A stretch of DNA of 64,000 bases. It comes from Dicyema japonicum (lineage: Eukaryota > Animalia > Dicyemida). The stretch's first letter is position 1; each line of letters opens with the position of its first letter. The stretch is from contig RDEW01000001.1 in NCBI GenBank assembly GCA_011109175.1, forward strand, positions 384,395 to 448,394, written 5' to 3'. The translations under genes and the position numbers were made by a program. This document shows positions 39,128 to 54,244 of the stretch, piece after piece. A model generated the notes under the pieces. That model had not been told where the DNA came from. It saw only the letters and a program-made list of their open reading frames with translations, and did not search any database.

Positions 39128-41790
39128 TTGGATGCCCGTATTAAACTGGCAACTAAAAGAACCACTTCTATTCCCCTGTCAACCTTTTCAACGACCACTG
39201 GGAAGTCGGACTGGATGATGGCTATTGAGCGGGCACGTAGCTTTCGCTCCCAAAGATCGGATTGGCTACTCCTAATCCTAGCGGGGGCATCGAACAGAAC
39301 TCCGGGCCCCATAAAAACGGGAGATTCCTCAATATCATGCAATTCAACATAAATGGCCTTACACACAAATCAAATGAACTTTTTGCATTTCTAACTTCCC
39401 ACAAAATTGAAATTCACATGCTACAGGAAACGAAACTATCAAGAAAGTCAACGCTTCCACACTACAAAGACTACTCAATTGTCCGCCGTGATCGACCAAA
39501 TTCAAACAGTGGAAGCGGTGTTCTCATACTCATACACAAATCTATTCCATTCTCCGATACTTCCGCTCAGAAACAAGCTCTGTTTGAAGATGAAGATCAC
39601 ATCGAACTTACTTCCGTCTTGGTGAAAATAAACCGCACAAGGTACACATTTGTAATTATTTACATCCTGCCACCAAATCCAAGTATGAAACATTACTCCC
39701 CAAAACTAACCGAATTGCAAAAGATTGAAAATGTGATAATCCGCGGAGACCTAAATGCAAAAGATCCTTTCTGGCTAATCGGCCAAAAGAGCAATGAGAG
39801 GGGGTTTCAGGTCCTCTCTCAACTAGAACAATTAGTTATCCTCAATGACAGGAAATCACACACTCGAACAGCTTCCAGACCTGGAGACTCTAATACATCA
39901 CTCGACCTCACACTATGTTCTCCATCACTATCTTCGGCGATATCTTGGAGAATTGTATACGACCTACACTCGGACCATAATCCAATTCTACTGTCAATCG
40001 AACTACTCTCGCCTATTGTTAGGCATCGGAAAACTATAACAAATTACAAACGTGCAAAATGGGATTCATTCTGAGAAGAAACAGAAAAATTTTTTATCCT
40101 ACTTTTTCGTTGAGAATTTCAAATCGCTTGACGCCGCAAACAAATTTTTTAATGAGGTCATCCTCAGTGCCGACAATAAATACATTCCAAGAGGACTCAT
40201 TGCAGACTATAATCCCAATTTCACTAAGGAAATTAACGAAAAGATTCATACAAGACGTCGACTCAAAAAATCAAGAATTTATTCGGCCAAACTGTCCAAC
40301 CTAATTAGAGGCAATTTGACCGTTGGAACAATTTCATCACAAAATTTAACCACCGAACAAAACTAAAGGATTTTTGGGGCACTTTACGTGGAATTCAGTC
40401 GAAACAAAATAGAATGGAGACAACCCACGCCACCAGTATTAACAAGAATCAAACACCACGTGATTTCACTCATCAGGCAGATGTCATAATGGACCACTAC
40501 GCAAATGTGAGTCACATAGATATGAACAAATGCTCTCGTCCATGCAAATTGAAAAACGTTCAAACTCCTCAAGGAAAACCGATTGAAATCAGTACGTCGA
40601 AAAACTCATCAAAAACTCTCCTGCCAAAGGGCTTGATGGAATCTGCATTTAAAGCACCTGGGAACAAAAAGACTCAAAGCAATAACAGACATAATTTCTG
40701 TGTCCATCAATACCTGCAGAATTCCTGCACTATGGAAAAAATCCAAAATAATCCCAATCCTGAAGCCCAAGAAAGATCCTTTGGATCCGGGATCTTTCAG
40801 ACCAATTTCACTACTATCTGTAGTATCGAAAATTGTTGAACGTGTTGGACTGAAACTAATATCGAAGTATCTTCCCTGATTTTCAACATGGCTTTCGTCC
40901 ACAATACTCTGCATTAACACATCTCTCTACCATAACTCAATATATCGCTGATGGTTTTAACAATTATAATCCTCCCAAACGGACTATCCTCGCATCGATC
41001 GACCTAACCAAGGCGCGTGCTAAGTAACGAAATTCTTGTATCTGGAATTCCTCCACGTCTACAGAATTGGTTAACAAATTTCCTCTCTGGAAGAATTGGT
41101 CGAGCTGAAATTATGTCATGTCTATCTCATTACAGACTTCTTCCAAATGGAGTTCCCCAAGGCTCCGTTTTATCACCCACCTTATTCAACTTACACCTAA
41201 GCGACATTCCAATCAATTCCAAGACACTTCTACTATTGTATGCGGATGACATGATTGTTGCCTCTAAAGACATAGACGTTAACGAAGCAACAAAAATGTT
41301 CAGATCCACTTGAACACTCTTGAAGAGTGGCTTGAAGCAAACCACCTATCCCCCTCTCCATCGAAATCAACCGTCACTGTATTAACGTCCAACCGCCGCC
41401 AACTAAATTTTCAACCAATTTTAACGATTCATGGACAACCACTCACCGTTACGAAACATCCAAAAATACTTGGAGTTATTTATGACCAACTACTAACTTT
41501 CTCTAAACATGTGGAGGAACAATGTACAAAGGCCTCTCACAAGATCAACACACTTAAAGCTGTGTCAGGCAATTCTTTGGCCAAAGCAAAGAAGCCCTAA
41601 CCATCATATATAAACAATTCATTCGAACAACTATTAACTATGCATGCCCTTGCTGGTCAACCTCTGCCTCTCTTACTTCTATTGACAAACTACAAAAGGT
41701 ACAAAACATTGCGCTATGGATGATTACTGAATGTCTCAGATCAACCCCTGTTGATCATCTACATTGGGAGTAGAAGATCCTTCCAATAGC
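39128..41790 (+). mobile_element. Second Ingi/Vingi-like APE-RT LINE, inactivated, with degenerate 2A
   Basis: WLLLILAG-[fs]-IEQNSGP, QFNING, LQET, GDLNA, LDLT, HSDH, FRPIS, GVPQGSVLSPTLFN, YADD; in-frame stops and indels. Confidence 0.88.
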
Positions 41791-42439
41791 CTAAGAATAA
41801 AAGAATAATATACCTCAGAAAGCATGAAAATTTTAGAATGTAGTTTCTCGTGCATAGCATACTCTGGATTACCTCGTTTAATCGTCATGTCTGGGCTAGT
41901 AACAAAATGGAGAAACGGTCATCCTGGTACACTTTAATGACTACATTATCAACTTGAGAGACAGAACACAGCTGAAAATTATGTTATTAACAACCCACGA
42001 GTCCAATTGAGTGATTAGTAAGAATCTGTTATGTACATCTACAGATTCCGTAGAATGAGGTGACCCGAGCGTCTAAATCGATGCGAGTCATAAACTTATA
42101 TACTAGAAATAAGACAAGGATTACTTTAATTATCCTTGACAGAGGACTTTGACCATAATCTGATAAAAATAGAATCACCAGTTGGGGTTCGTACAAAAGT
42201 CTAGTAAACACCAAAATTATTGGGAGCGTGGTAGACACACTGTATGCCGCGAAAAAAACGACGAAGGTTAAGGAGAAAAAATACGAAGCGTTACGCAACC
42301 GATTCGCGTTCTTGCCCATTTTTGTTGAAACACAAAGCTACACTAAAAAGCCACAGGCATACAGCCAATTAATCGCTCTAACTAATTGTTAGATTTGTTA
42401 TGTCTTAAAATTTCAAAATTAGCTTACAATAGGAAAAAG

Positions 42440-43100
42440 AGAAAAAATGTATATACAAAGCTCTGCATCCAAGATATCTTCTAAGGTCCACTTGATAACC
42501 ATGCAAAAGAACTCATACATAGGTGATATTTTGTAATCTACATTTATCGCGCCCATAAGTGGAGATCTTTATACTTTGGTAGTCTCGTGTAAATAACAAA
42601 TCAGAGCAGTTCAAGGCGATCAAATACATGTTTCTAGCCTTCCTTGCTTTAGCGTTCCAGTCAGCGCCAATAAAGATAAGCGTGATGAACTGAGTGCATT
42701 ATATAATCTTGTGAGAGTAGAGTAAATTTCATCGAGTTCTTCCGGGTTTGCATAGACTCGGATTCTTGTCGGCAAGTATACGTTGATAATTGTCATCACG
42801 GAATTGGGCTTGGTTCCCATTTAATTTTTGGCACAACAAATTAATACGGAGACGGACCACACCCGGATATACGATCGTACATAGTAAGATGGATTGCAAT
42901 CCAAGTCCATAGTGACGACATGTTGTTGGGTGGGTAATCAGGCAGTAATTTCGAAATTGCTATGTTCCGTTGTCTTCTATTTTAGTCTCCTGTAAAAAAC
43001 ATATGTATGGTGTATGTCGTTCCAAGTCTCGTCCGAGCTCAAGTTTTTTATACATTAATTGAGTCCCTTAACTTTTAGGGTACCAAGAAAACGGGCTGGT
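42440..43100 (-). mobile_element. Degraded APE endonuclease fragment (RTE-like)
   Basis: IINVYLPT, G-DWNAK, FLQET and SPISMSS-HGYQVD-type motifs in broken frames. Confidence 0.5.
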
Positions 43101-43859
43101 AGATATCAAACATGAATTTTGTGCAAGAGAGGCACATCACCACCTCTACCAAGTAAATCCGTATGGTGACTGTAAAAAATGAAAAGAGGTCCAATTAAAT
43201 TACTTAAATATATAATAACGAATATATAAATTATAAGATTTAAATAATTAATTTAAATAATAAATAACTATTTCACGTTGGTTTATGGTTGTCGGAAATT
43301 TTTATAACGAAAAATGGCTTAATACGATTTAAATTTTGAAGTTTAGTAAACTGACTATTATTCCTGAGTGTTTAGTCACTTTGGCTATGACGAAATATCA
43401 TGGATCACATTCATTCGAGGTTTTTCTAAGGATAAACTAGATGTGGATATGACGTATACTGTTTGGTTAGTTTGTAGTTATAAGTATATCCAATTCTTCA
43501 AAAAACAGCCGAATTGTTCGCCAAGTCATTTACTATTATTTTTCTATAGTTTGCTAAACAAATAAAATTTAGACGATCACTAGAAATGAGGTATATAGTG
43601 TCGTATCTAAGAGTCCTTACTGCCAGGTTAATTGTTTTAATTGGTGTAGTCTTCCGTTTGATGATCACTAAACCTTCAATTTCGCCAATAATAGTATATT
43701 CTCTCGTGACCGATATCTTGTTAACTTGAGGAGATATTTGGAACTAAACGAGGACTACTCTTTGGTCTTATTTCATTTTATTAAAAGATTATTTTTCTTA
43801 TTCTCTTTCCAAATTTGGTGTGACCAACCTGCAAAATCTGCATCTAAATGTCGAATTGT

Positions 43860-44760
43860 TTAAAGGGAATATTCTGCCTAATTGGACCACCAGCTTTTTA
43901 CATTGAGAAAATGGAAAAGAATTCCGAAATTCTACACTTGAAATAGTTTGCAAAGAATTTGGTATGAAACTAGTTTTTGGATCTCCAAGAGATGCTTGGA
44001 AACTATGTAATATAAACTACCTAAGATTCAACTCCAGCGCTCAATTCCAACGTTTCCTGGAGCTCCGGAAAGACCGAAAATTTGGAAGAGGTGGAGGCTT
44101 ACTTACCATTGTGCATAATCAGAGTAATGTTGTGGACCTATCAAATTACATATCAAGCTTTATGGACACTGAAGATCCATTAGAACAACTCACAGTGAAA
44201 ATAAAGTTACACTCACTCCGAATGACTACAGCAAATGTATATATCCCTCCAATTTCTTTATGCTATAAAGGCTATTGTCCTAATCTTGAACAGTTCACAA
44301 GATTGGAAAAAGTTATAATTTGTGGAGATATGAACGCCAAGAGCCTTTGGTGCACAAATCAACTATTGGACCAAAGAGGATCTATTTTATTAGACAACAT
44401 CGACGACTTGGTAATCCTTAACAACAGGAATAAACACACAAGAACTCCTTCAAGAAATAGTGACTCTCCAACCTCACCAGATCTGACTCTTGCCGCCCCA
44501 ATTTCTTCGACTATTACATGGGACATTTCTACGATTTGTAGACAGATCACAATCCAATACTACTGAACATTCTGGGAAAACACAAGATTAATGTGACTCG
44601 CAATACTTTCATCAACTTCTTACGTACGAATTGCTTGAATACATGATTTTTATTGAAGACTCCCTATCTTCTTTCCGAATAGAGAACTTTTCCTCGATAG
44701 ATTCGGCCGTTTGATTTATTAATAAAAAGATTTTGCAAGTCCGAAAAAAGTTTATTCCTT
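43860..44760 (+). mobile_element. LINE 5' fragment (APE domain)
   Basis: RKDR..GRGGGLLT, ANVYIPP, GDMNAK, TSPDLT; homologous to 1700-2300. Confidence 0.82.
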
Positions 44761-47249
44761 TTATTCAATAGACCATCAATGACAATAAATTTCCCGGATT
44801 TTTTCATGATTTTGTATTTCGCTTGTTTTGAAGATCACCATTTACACTGCTCACTATGGATAGATATTCCATAATGTTTTTGACAAAGTTTATTATTATC
44901 AACTAAAGAAATAAACATTTTTAGAGCACATGTTGAATAATAATGAATAACGGCAAAAGATATTTGTATGCGAATGGATGTTATTCCTTGACGAATGGTC
45001 CTCATAGGTCAAATTAATTGAATAAATTTCAAAATATCATTTTAATTTAGTTTTCAATTTAACAAATAAAAATTAATTTTTTTTAATTTAAAAAAATTTT
45101 TCAACAATTAAACAAATTGAAGAATAAAACCAAATAGTTAAAGGCTACTGGTTGCTTTTAGGATTGAGAGCGCATTTCCCCTTACGATCTGTAAGGAGAT
45201 GCGCTCAATGAGCCAGCTCTTCTCTCATAACAATTCAAATTAGTATTAATAGTTTATATTAATTTTATACAATAAACTTAATATTTTATATTACTAAAAA
45301 TTAGAATTTTAATCCAAAAGAACAATTTTTATAGATTCAAAAAATTCAAAAAATCGATATTGCAGGTAGCGCATAGTGGCAAGTAGCGCTCGCGACATAT
45401 TACAGTCCTCAACCAAGTTTGCAAGGATCTTATCGTACTTAGCTCGTCATTTGAAATTGGAATGCAAGAACGGGCAAGACTGATAGTGGTGTCTCTAGAC
45501 TTGCTCACATGATAGAAACAGTAAGATCCTTCTTAATTAATATATGACTCACTTCAGTGTTTCATCACTGCGAATCTGGACTATCTTCTGAGACTCGCAC
45601 AAAAACAAAAAGAAAAAAGGGAGAAGTCAAGAACATTTGCAATGTTACTTCTTATAATTTATTTATTTTACTTAAAAAATAGAATTAACAGAAAGGTCAT
45701 GCAGCGGTCGTACTGACCACGTGTCTATTCTCTCTAAGGATAACGAGCGAGGTTTGCTCAAATAGCCAGCAGCCTCATGGAGATTTATTATTAGTGCAGA
45801 AATCAGATTTCCTAGACTACTCAAGAATTCCAGCGTCGCAGGTGCAAGAGAACTAGGCATTTCAGCAGCGAACGGAAAAACAAAGAATCCTCAGTAGGAC
45901 CGCGTACTTTGCAAGTTTTTACCTCTCGACCTTTTTAAAATAAAGTGTGAGTTCTACCTATGGTGAGGTTTAAGTAATAAAAACAATTTTTATAGAGCAC
46001 AAAATGAAGCCATAAGACTTAGACAATGTAGATTCTCTTCACAAAATCGCATCTTCGAGGAAAGTGTGAAGGTACCTAATTGAGAAGATACTCAATATTG
46101 CTGAGTGATCTTTTCGATTTAAATGTGTAAAGTGTTAATCCCCATTTAGTGACGAGGTGTTGAGTTGACTGGCTGATTGGTTGAACACTAATTGAATGAC
46201 CACCGCTTTTTACAAAGAAAGAAATCATCTACAGCGCTTTTTACGTCAAATAGAAGATTGAATAACTATGCCTCAGGACTATTATCGAACGGAAAAGAAA
46301 TCACATGCAAGAAAAATCTTTTAATACAAAGATAGGACCTATGTACACAAAGTACATCGAGCCATCCATCAGCTATGGTTGAACCGCTTGGAGAAAAAAA
46401 CGAAGAACATCTTGGTATAGTTCGATCAAAACCCACCCAATCTATTTATCAAATAATCGATGTTGTGACACGGAAAACCCCTTTCGAGGATCTTAACGTG
46501 CATCTCACGCAGGAAGTTACCGGCACACGTACTTGCGAGAGTATGTTGGATCAAGAGAGAAATAACAAGAAAGGATGAGGACGCTTCTACAATCACCTGA
46601 TGGTTTTCTTTATGATTAACCAACTAAGCTGCTATCTCTATGGCCCCCGCACGACCCTGATTCGGTCTCACATATATTCCATATTCAGGATTCTGTCTAT
46701 ATATTTAAATACTGCTGTTCATCAAAAGTCTTCATCTCAAAATTCTTCGTAAGGTCATTACAAATCTCAGACTATCGATCAGCTTCTTCTCACTCCACAA
46801 AGATATTTCAGATAATCTGACCTTTATCGCTTCAATAGTACCCGTTCACTTACCCTATAGAGTTTTTGGCTTAACTCCACGCCTTCTTGTGTCTTTTCGG
46901 TAGAGAATCACTTTCTTCCAATACTGCAGTTGGTACCCCCACATTATTAACAAATATGTTAACCACTGATTTGATAGGGCGACAATTATTTATTTATTAA
47001 CCCCGAATACACCAAGAAAGTAGTTAAAGTAAACAACTAGTTGAATGTATAAAGATTCCGACAACTATACATCACAAACAAATTCACTCAGAAATAATTC
47101 GAATTATTTATAATCTATAATTAAAATAAAATAAATATTTATATTTTTAATAAATTAATTTTGGTGGGAATTTTCGGTGGTCTCCGATTTATGCGAGTGA
47201 TAGGCATTTTCGTCATTCTACTTGATAGCTGGTACCTTTCTAGTGATGA

Positions 47250-47720
47250 ATGTGTTCGTATTAAGATCTCATTACTGTTCGGTTTGAAAGTTACTTAATT
47301 AAGTATACCGATGCGCGGACCAGATTAACTGCTTTGGCCTCCACCCAATCTCCTGTAGGAAGAGTGCGGCCAGATCTCCCAGACACATAGCCCTGAATAA
47401 AGCCGTTAGACGAGCTTTGGATGCTGCCAGACACCCTACTATGCTCGAACCATTCGGCATTTGCCGGAAGATGACCCTATGAGATGACGGTTTTCCTCTT
47501 TGAAGCCGGGAAACCTCTTTCTGGTCACCTGACCCGACGCATTCGCCCCTTGCAAACTACATCAAATGCCTCTGGAGCCATTATAAAAGCCGAAATATTG
47601 AAGAGAAAGAATTATGCTGACTTACCAATGGAATTCAGTTTATTCTACTCTTTATGGAGATTTCCGATGCCATAGGATCCTTGACAGTGTAATTTCTGAA
47701 TTGACTGTGAAAGTCAGATC
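47250..47720 (+). mobile_element. Degraded CRE-like C-terminal fragment
   Basis: GLHPISCRKSA-R-PRH-ALN...MLEP...FEAGKPL. Confidence 0.65.
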
Positions 47721-50097
47721 TTCGTGATCATACGGAATTATGTTTTGTTTAATAAATAAAAATTTTTTTAAAAATAAATTAATACAATTTTTTTGTGAAA
47801 ATGTGGGGGGTTGCGTCGTTCCGACAACAGCTGAGGTGATGTACTTGTATGTGCTAGGAATCTGATTTTATTTGTGAACCATAGGTTTCTATAAATAGTT
47901 ATAAATCCCACATCTACTTTCCGAAAAAAATCAGAAAGCCAAACAAATTTATTGAGCCAACATCAATAGACAGGGGGGACAGGGGTCACTGAAGTGAATG
48001 AAATTCAAGAATTGGTGGATAGTTGAATCGATCTTGTCGTTGTCAGTGTCTTCGGGTTTCGATCAATAGAGCTCTGTCCCCTACATTTGATCCTCACTCA
48101 ATTTATCAAAAATGACACTCCCGAATGTGAAAATTGATATTCTTCTTGAGAGGAAGGTGGATGAGGACAACATAAATCAGCCTCTCCACCCGGACATGCT
48201 AATTTCACTGACAGCACCCAAATTACGAGCCGAGAGTTTTCGTAGAAGGTTCCATATTTTTTCAAGGAGGTTTATTCCTCAAAAACTGGCAGAAAAATAT
48301 AATCTAGGATTACCTGAATATTTCGGATATGATCAAATTGTTGAACTTTGATAATTCCAGCGATTACTTTATGATATTTACTTTAAGACAACAAAATTCT
48401 GGATGGACAGATCATCAAATTAGCATTCACAACGACAGCTGTTTTATGCAGCAATTTCCCTGCTCTGCAAAACTGTCTCCCATCTGTCCTCACTTCAATC
48501 AACATTGGTACAGATCACACGTGACAGAGACTTTTTTGAAATTGCATTTATTATACAACTCACTAAAATTGACGAAACAGTGGAAAAATGCAACTTAACC
48601 CTGTAATAAATTGCACCTTACGAAATAAATATACAATAACACTCCTCCTAACCGCCAAAATTTACCGAAACCACGTGGTCATATATAAATATATCTAGCC
48701 AATGTATTTACCACCAAATGTAAAAAGTTTATTCAATCGCTTGAATAGGAATAAGTAAATTAGTTAAAACACAGTTTATCAACGAGTCCTTCTATTTTGG
48801 CTGAAGAATGTGGAACTCTCTCCTAGCTGTCCGTCAAATTGTAATTTGAAAACAGATTATCAGACAGTCAATTCTGAATAATATTATGGATTTGACTCTC
48901 AAAGTAAGGATTTGATTCAATTTCAAGTTTAGTGACGGTTGTGGGTTACTTTAAGATCCTTCAATAACAATTTCTAAGTTTTATAGGGATATATCAAGAT
49001 CATGGTGATTGACCTTCAATCTTTATTTACTCAAATCGAATTTTATTGTGGATTGGGTCATCGCATCTCTCGCAAGCAGTTTATGACTCAATTCGGTTGG
49101 ATTTGACGATTTTATTTTTGTGCACTGTATTTTATCACGTTCAGTATTTTCTATTCGGTGACCAGTACGAATTCATTATGAAATTCGAATACACATGCTT
49201 GATTTTCGAGGAAACTCATTGGAATCCGAGTAAGTTACTAAAATGTAAAAATCAGCCCAAATTCGGGTGTTTCTAATGAAAGTTCATTTCCTAGCTCATC
49301 CCCCATCATGATTCTTAATAATACCTTCCTATTGGTCCAATCTCCTAATATGAATTCTCAATGTTTGTGAAATTCTTTTCTTCCTTATTTATATCCAAGG
49401 ACTTCATGAATTTCGAGAGTGACTATCTTGTGTCTCTAGTGTTGCATGTTGTCTACCAAGACAGAATCGTCTGTTTACCTTAGACTTGGATAGCCATAAT
49501 GAATTCATCCTGAGAAGATCCCTGTCTATTTTACATAGGATTCTCATGAGGTTGTCGTTTCGATATAATTCTATTCGTTTCCCGTCTGCATGATCCTCAA
49601 TACTAGTTTCTCTAACCTTCCCTATTCGATCCTAGGCTCCGCAGACAACTGAGGTCTTCATCGTCCCTTAGTGTTCTGTTCATTGGTCTCAGGTTACCAT
49701 TAAGAACATCGAGAAGCGTTGTACCACGACAAACTCGGAACTTTTACTATATGAAAAACTTTGACAGATGATCTCACAACTCTTTCAATTTTTGGTCATC
49801 TTGAGCTTCCAATCGTGTCTTGAGCTTCCAATGCTTCTTAATGACGTCATTTCGTCTATGCTAACGAGAAAGAAGTTGTTCACTTTAGTAGATTTTCTAA
49901 AATATCTTATTTTGACTTAAAAAGTAAATATTTCGACAATACAGGTGGTCGACGGTTCAACCTTCAGAGTCACTTGACTGTCATACATGCACTCTAGATT
50001 AGAACTTTAATCCTACGTGTACTTGGCACTCTCTATTCAAACTTTGGCTACGATGTCTCCTGAGTTTGTCACCTCGTCCATGATCATGGGAGAAATA

Positions 50098-50290
50098 TAT
50101 TAATTTATTAACCCCGGATCCACCGAGAAAGAAGTTAACAGTAAATAACTACTTAAGTGAATTCAGTTTCCACTAATACAGAAACAGAGTCCTAACGTCA
50201 CACAAGTCCATGTAGAACCACCACAAAAGGTAAAAAACATCCATTCCTAGCAGTTGTAAAAACTTTTTCAGTGGAGTGGGAGAGGGCTGG
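50098..50290 (-). mobile_element. Family-A SINE 3' half
   Basis: Reverse complement matches 55180-55344; a shorter tail-only copy lies at ~46985-47050 (-). Confidence 0.75.
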
Positions 50291-51559
50291 ACTCGCTATG
50301 TTCTCTCAATTTCTTCTAAATTCGCAGGAATAGCTTATCTGATTATAATGTTGTACCTCCAGATACTCATACTGGTCGAAAACGTGGGAATTCTACTGTC
50401 CTGGTGGAATTTCATGATCGACTGTCAAACACTGACATTCTGACGAGATTTAGCGCTGAAGAGATGACCATGGACCTAGCCTTGTGACAGTTTAACGTAC
50501 TAATGGGTTAATGGTAGTACGAGATTCTGCGATATCTTTCTTTAAGATAATTGGTGTTGAGAAAGTCACCGCTGAGTTGGGAGATATTTGATGTTCAATG
50601 TGTCTCAATTGAAAACAAAATGATGGCTAAGTAAGGAAGTTAAAATCGTGAAAGAAGTGCCTAGTGGACGAGTGTCCGTTAGTGTGGAGGATTGGAGGAG
50701 ACATTGTGGAAGAAAGTCGATGGAAAATTACGTGAGGAGTAAATACAAGGAGAATGAAAGGAGAGACCGACGTGATAGAAGAGACTCAGAACGGAGGGAC
50801 AATAAGAGGCATGAACGGAGAAGGTGATAGTATTATTTGATGTATATTTCAAATTTAAAATGTTTATCTTGATTTGTGATGGTTGTCAATGTATTTCTTT
50901 GCTTAAGATGATACTATGAGAGGTCATGGGCTCAGTACCCCCACTGGTTATTCGGTTGAAGATAACTCCTCACATCTCTTTGTTTCTAAGGCTAATTTGC
51001 GAGGTTTATGTGCCACAATTGTCGCAGGTGGTCCATGCGTCAGATTCCACTGTTGTCTACTATTCGACGCCTTTCTCTTACTATACTTTGTTCCTTTCTC
51101 GAGTGGAACCTATAAGGAGCATTCACTTTCCATCGACTCACTAAATCATTTCTTGGAGGTTCCCATGACTTCTAAAAGTTGATCTCTCTTTTTATCTCCA
51201 TGGAAGGACTTATCGCGTAAAGATGAGTGGTCTATTATCGAAGTGGTCGCTTATTATGATATTAAGTGTGCTTTCTTAGAAGACATCTTGCCATGGTCTC
51301 CAATGACGTCATTGAATAATAAAAAACTGGATAAACAAATAATGAACTTTCCGAACATACTTGTATCTCAGACATGGACAAGAGTGGAGTTATACAGGGA
51401 TCAATACTCAGTCACCCGCTGTTCAACATTGTCATGGTAAACTTTTCTATGACAAATTTTCCAAGCACGAGAATATTAATTTACTCAGAAGACGCGATTT
51501 TTTAAAGTCAAAAACAATATCCGAAAGACGATTTGCTGTGTAAATAGAAGATACGTTTG

Positions 51560-52790
51560 TCTCTTCATAAGTGCTAATACCGTCTTTGATCTACGACAGG
51601 GTTAAGGAGATTTGGAAACTGGCTACCCTAGCGTATGGTTCGGACAGCACAGTTGTATTCGAAGATAATATTGTGTGTTCTCATGCCAGTGTGCAACAAG
51701 GGGACCCGCTTGGAGCACTCCTTTTGACCTGACTGTCGATGATGTCGCATGGCTTGTGCTTTCCCTATTAAACGTATGGTATATGGATGACGCAGAGGCC
51801 CTTATGACTCTGTCTTGAAAGACCTCCATGTCATTGACAACTCTAAGGAGTCTTTGATTATCAAATCTCCCGGTCAAGATTTTGTTTTTGCTGCAGGAGC
51901 TTTAGAGATCAATTTACTGGAGAAAAAATCGGGAAGTGGGTGATTTGCATTGGTGGCGACGGGAGAGCTCTTTCCTCGAAGGACTCTCTTCTACACTCTA
52001 TATCCGAGAAACACATAGGATTTAGGATGTATCTATGCTAACGATCCTTGATTTACACATGGTGTTCTTCCTGCTGAAAAATTGTCTTTCTTACTCTTCG
52101 TTCTGGGATGCTCGTCATCCTTCAAGCATAGGGACATCCTAAACATCATCAACTCTAAAATCCTTAGTGGAGGGAGTCCTTAATCTTTAACTCAACGATC
52201 TAGGCTGGAGGAGGTGCAAACTCATGACCTTTAAATATGGCCTCGGCCTTAGATCTTTAGCCGACATTACGCTCCTCGCTTTTTTTTCATGTGCTTCGTG
52301 TGTTTTCCTGTAGTCAAGATTTTACTCAACACTTTAAGATCTTTTCTTGAAAGTTTTTCTCAAATTGAGTTTTTAATAATAACTAGAATTTCATTACAAT
52401 TCCTTGGTTTATCAGTAAGTTTAAGGTTGTAGAACTAGTCACGTGGCATCCATATAGCCGATCTATTATGGATAGATTCGTAGTGGGTGAACAATTAAGA
52501 AAAGCTGATGAGAAAATTCGTGATTTATTCTCAAACTGAGAGAGCTACAGGGCAGATGGAATTATCATCTTTCATTCTCGACTGGGAAGCTCCAAATATG
52601 AGATATCAAGTGCAACCTCCCTCAGAATTTTGCCAATACCGAAAAATTAAATTGGTGAAAGTATGCTGACCTCCTCGGTGGAATGACGTTTGTTCCTCTT
52701 ACTATGAAAACATTTGGAGCTCTAAAATACTCATCCTATGATTTCTTCAAAAAACTCGAATACATAATTTTAGTCAGTTCGGGAGTCAGG
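51560..52790 (+). mobile_element. Heavily degraded CRE-like RT/endonuclease remnant
   Basis: AYG, VQQGDPLG-LLF, LNVWYMDD and FVPLTM-TFG traces. Confidence 0.6.
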
Positions 52791-54244
52791 ACTATTTTTT
52801 TTTGTTTTTGCTTTTTATTAAACAAAATAATTCGAAATTAATGATTCTAAACAAGGAGTAAGGATTTTATGAAATGATCGACAGAACTTTAAGTCAAAAT
52901 TTAAAAATCTAGGGGCCAGGAACTATATGAGCATAGTTAGTATGCTTTTTAATGATAATGAGATTTAGAGAAACTATCATATAACTCCACTAACAATAAT
53001 TTTATACATGGCCTTCAAAAGATCGTCTAAATCTCATGCCACCATCAGCACCATGTGAAAGCCATGATACTTTTAGCTCCGCATAGGTAGGCAAGTACTT
53101 TATTTTAGAGTAAGGACACACAGTTATTTGAACTAACCGTTGAAATGGGGTGAGCCACGTTCTTAACTTTCTCCTTTTGATGGATGTGACCCCTTGTACA
53201 TAATTTGATACCGAATGAGGTATCACTGATGATGACGTCCCTTGTCAATTTAAAAACCATCATAGATGACTTGGAATTTCAATCAAACAGGTGATTTGCA
53301 GAGTTCTTTCAATTTTGGGCTGGACGAGGTTCGAACCGAATTTTGGATTTCTTATGTCTCCTGAGTCTGTCGCTTAGTCCATTGTTTCTCACTTTTTTGT
53401 ATCTCCCCTATGAAAAAATGTTCTCCCCTGTCAATAATTTATTGCCCCCGTAATAACTATAGATATTAATGCTATATTTTTTTATTTTAAAAGTTATTAT
53501 GAAAAAAGTGAGAAAATGGTTCCTGACTATGTGGCTATTCCCTTTAAAGGTGGCTAGTGAGATTAGCTCAAATAACCAGCAGCGCTCACGGGGTTCTCTT
53601 GATCGTGTAAAAGTCTGATTCACTAGGCGACTCAAGAATTCCAGTGTTGCAGGTGCAAGGGAACCAGACGTCTCAGCGGCGAATAAAATAGACAAAAAAT
53701 CAATGGGTAGGGACGATTGTCTATAATTATACAAAAGGTGATTACAAATTTAATTTTCCTCGGGTAGACTTCAATTCTCCTTATAAAACTCCATACTCTT
53801 TTCAAAATTATTTATTGCATACAACATCCTTATACACAGTTGAAGGTATGAAGGCTGGAAGGGCGAATGAGAAAGATTTCATATCATATGTGGTGGTTGG
53901 AATAAATCAAGAAAAGAGTGTAGAATCTTCATGACCTTAAAATCGGAGACCACAAAGGATGAAAGGTGTGCGGACAGAATCAACCAAATCTAATTCCAAA
54001 GGAGTACAATCTCCTGGCAATAAAATTGAGAATACATTAAGTCCATGTTATATCAAATTTCACAGTTGAGGCAGATAGTAGTAGATAAGAATATCCATAT
54101 ACAAACAACCCCTTACTCACGCTGTGAACCTACATTACAAGAGGAAATAAATAAAAACTAAGACACGTGAATAAGAAAATAGTTAGGATCGTTTTTATTT
54201 GATAATAAAAATAAATTTACCAAAAATAATAAAGGTGGAATATA

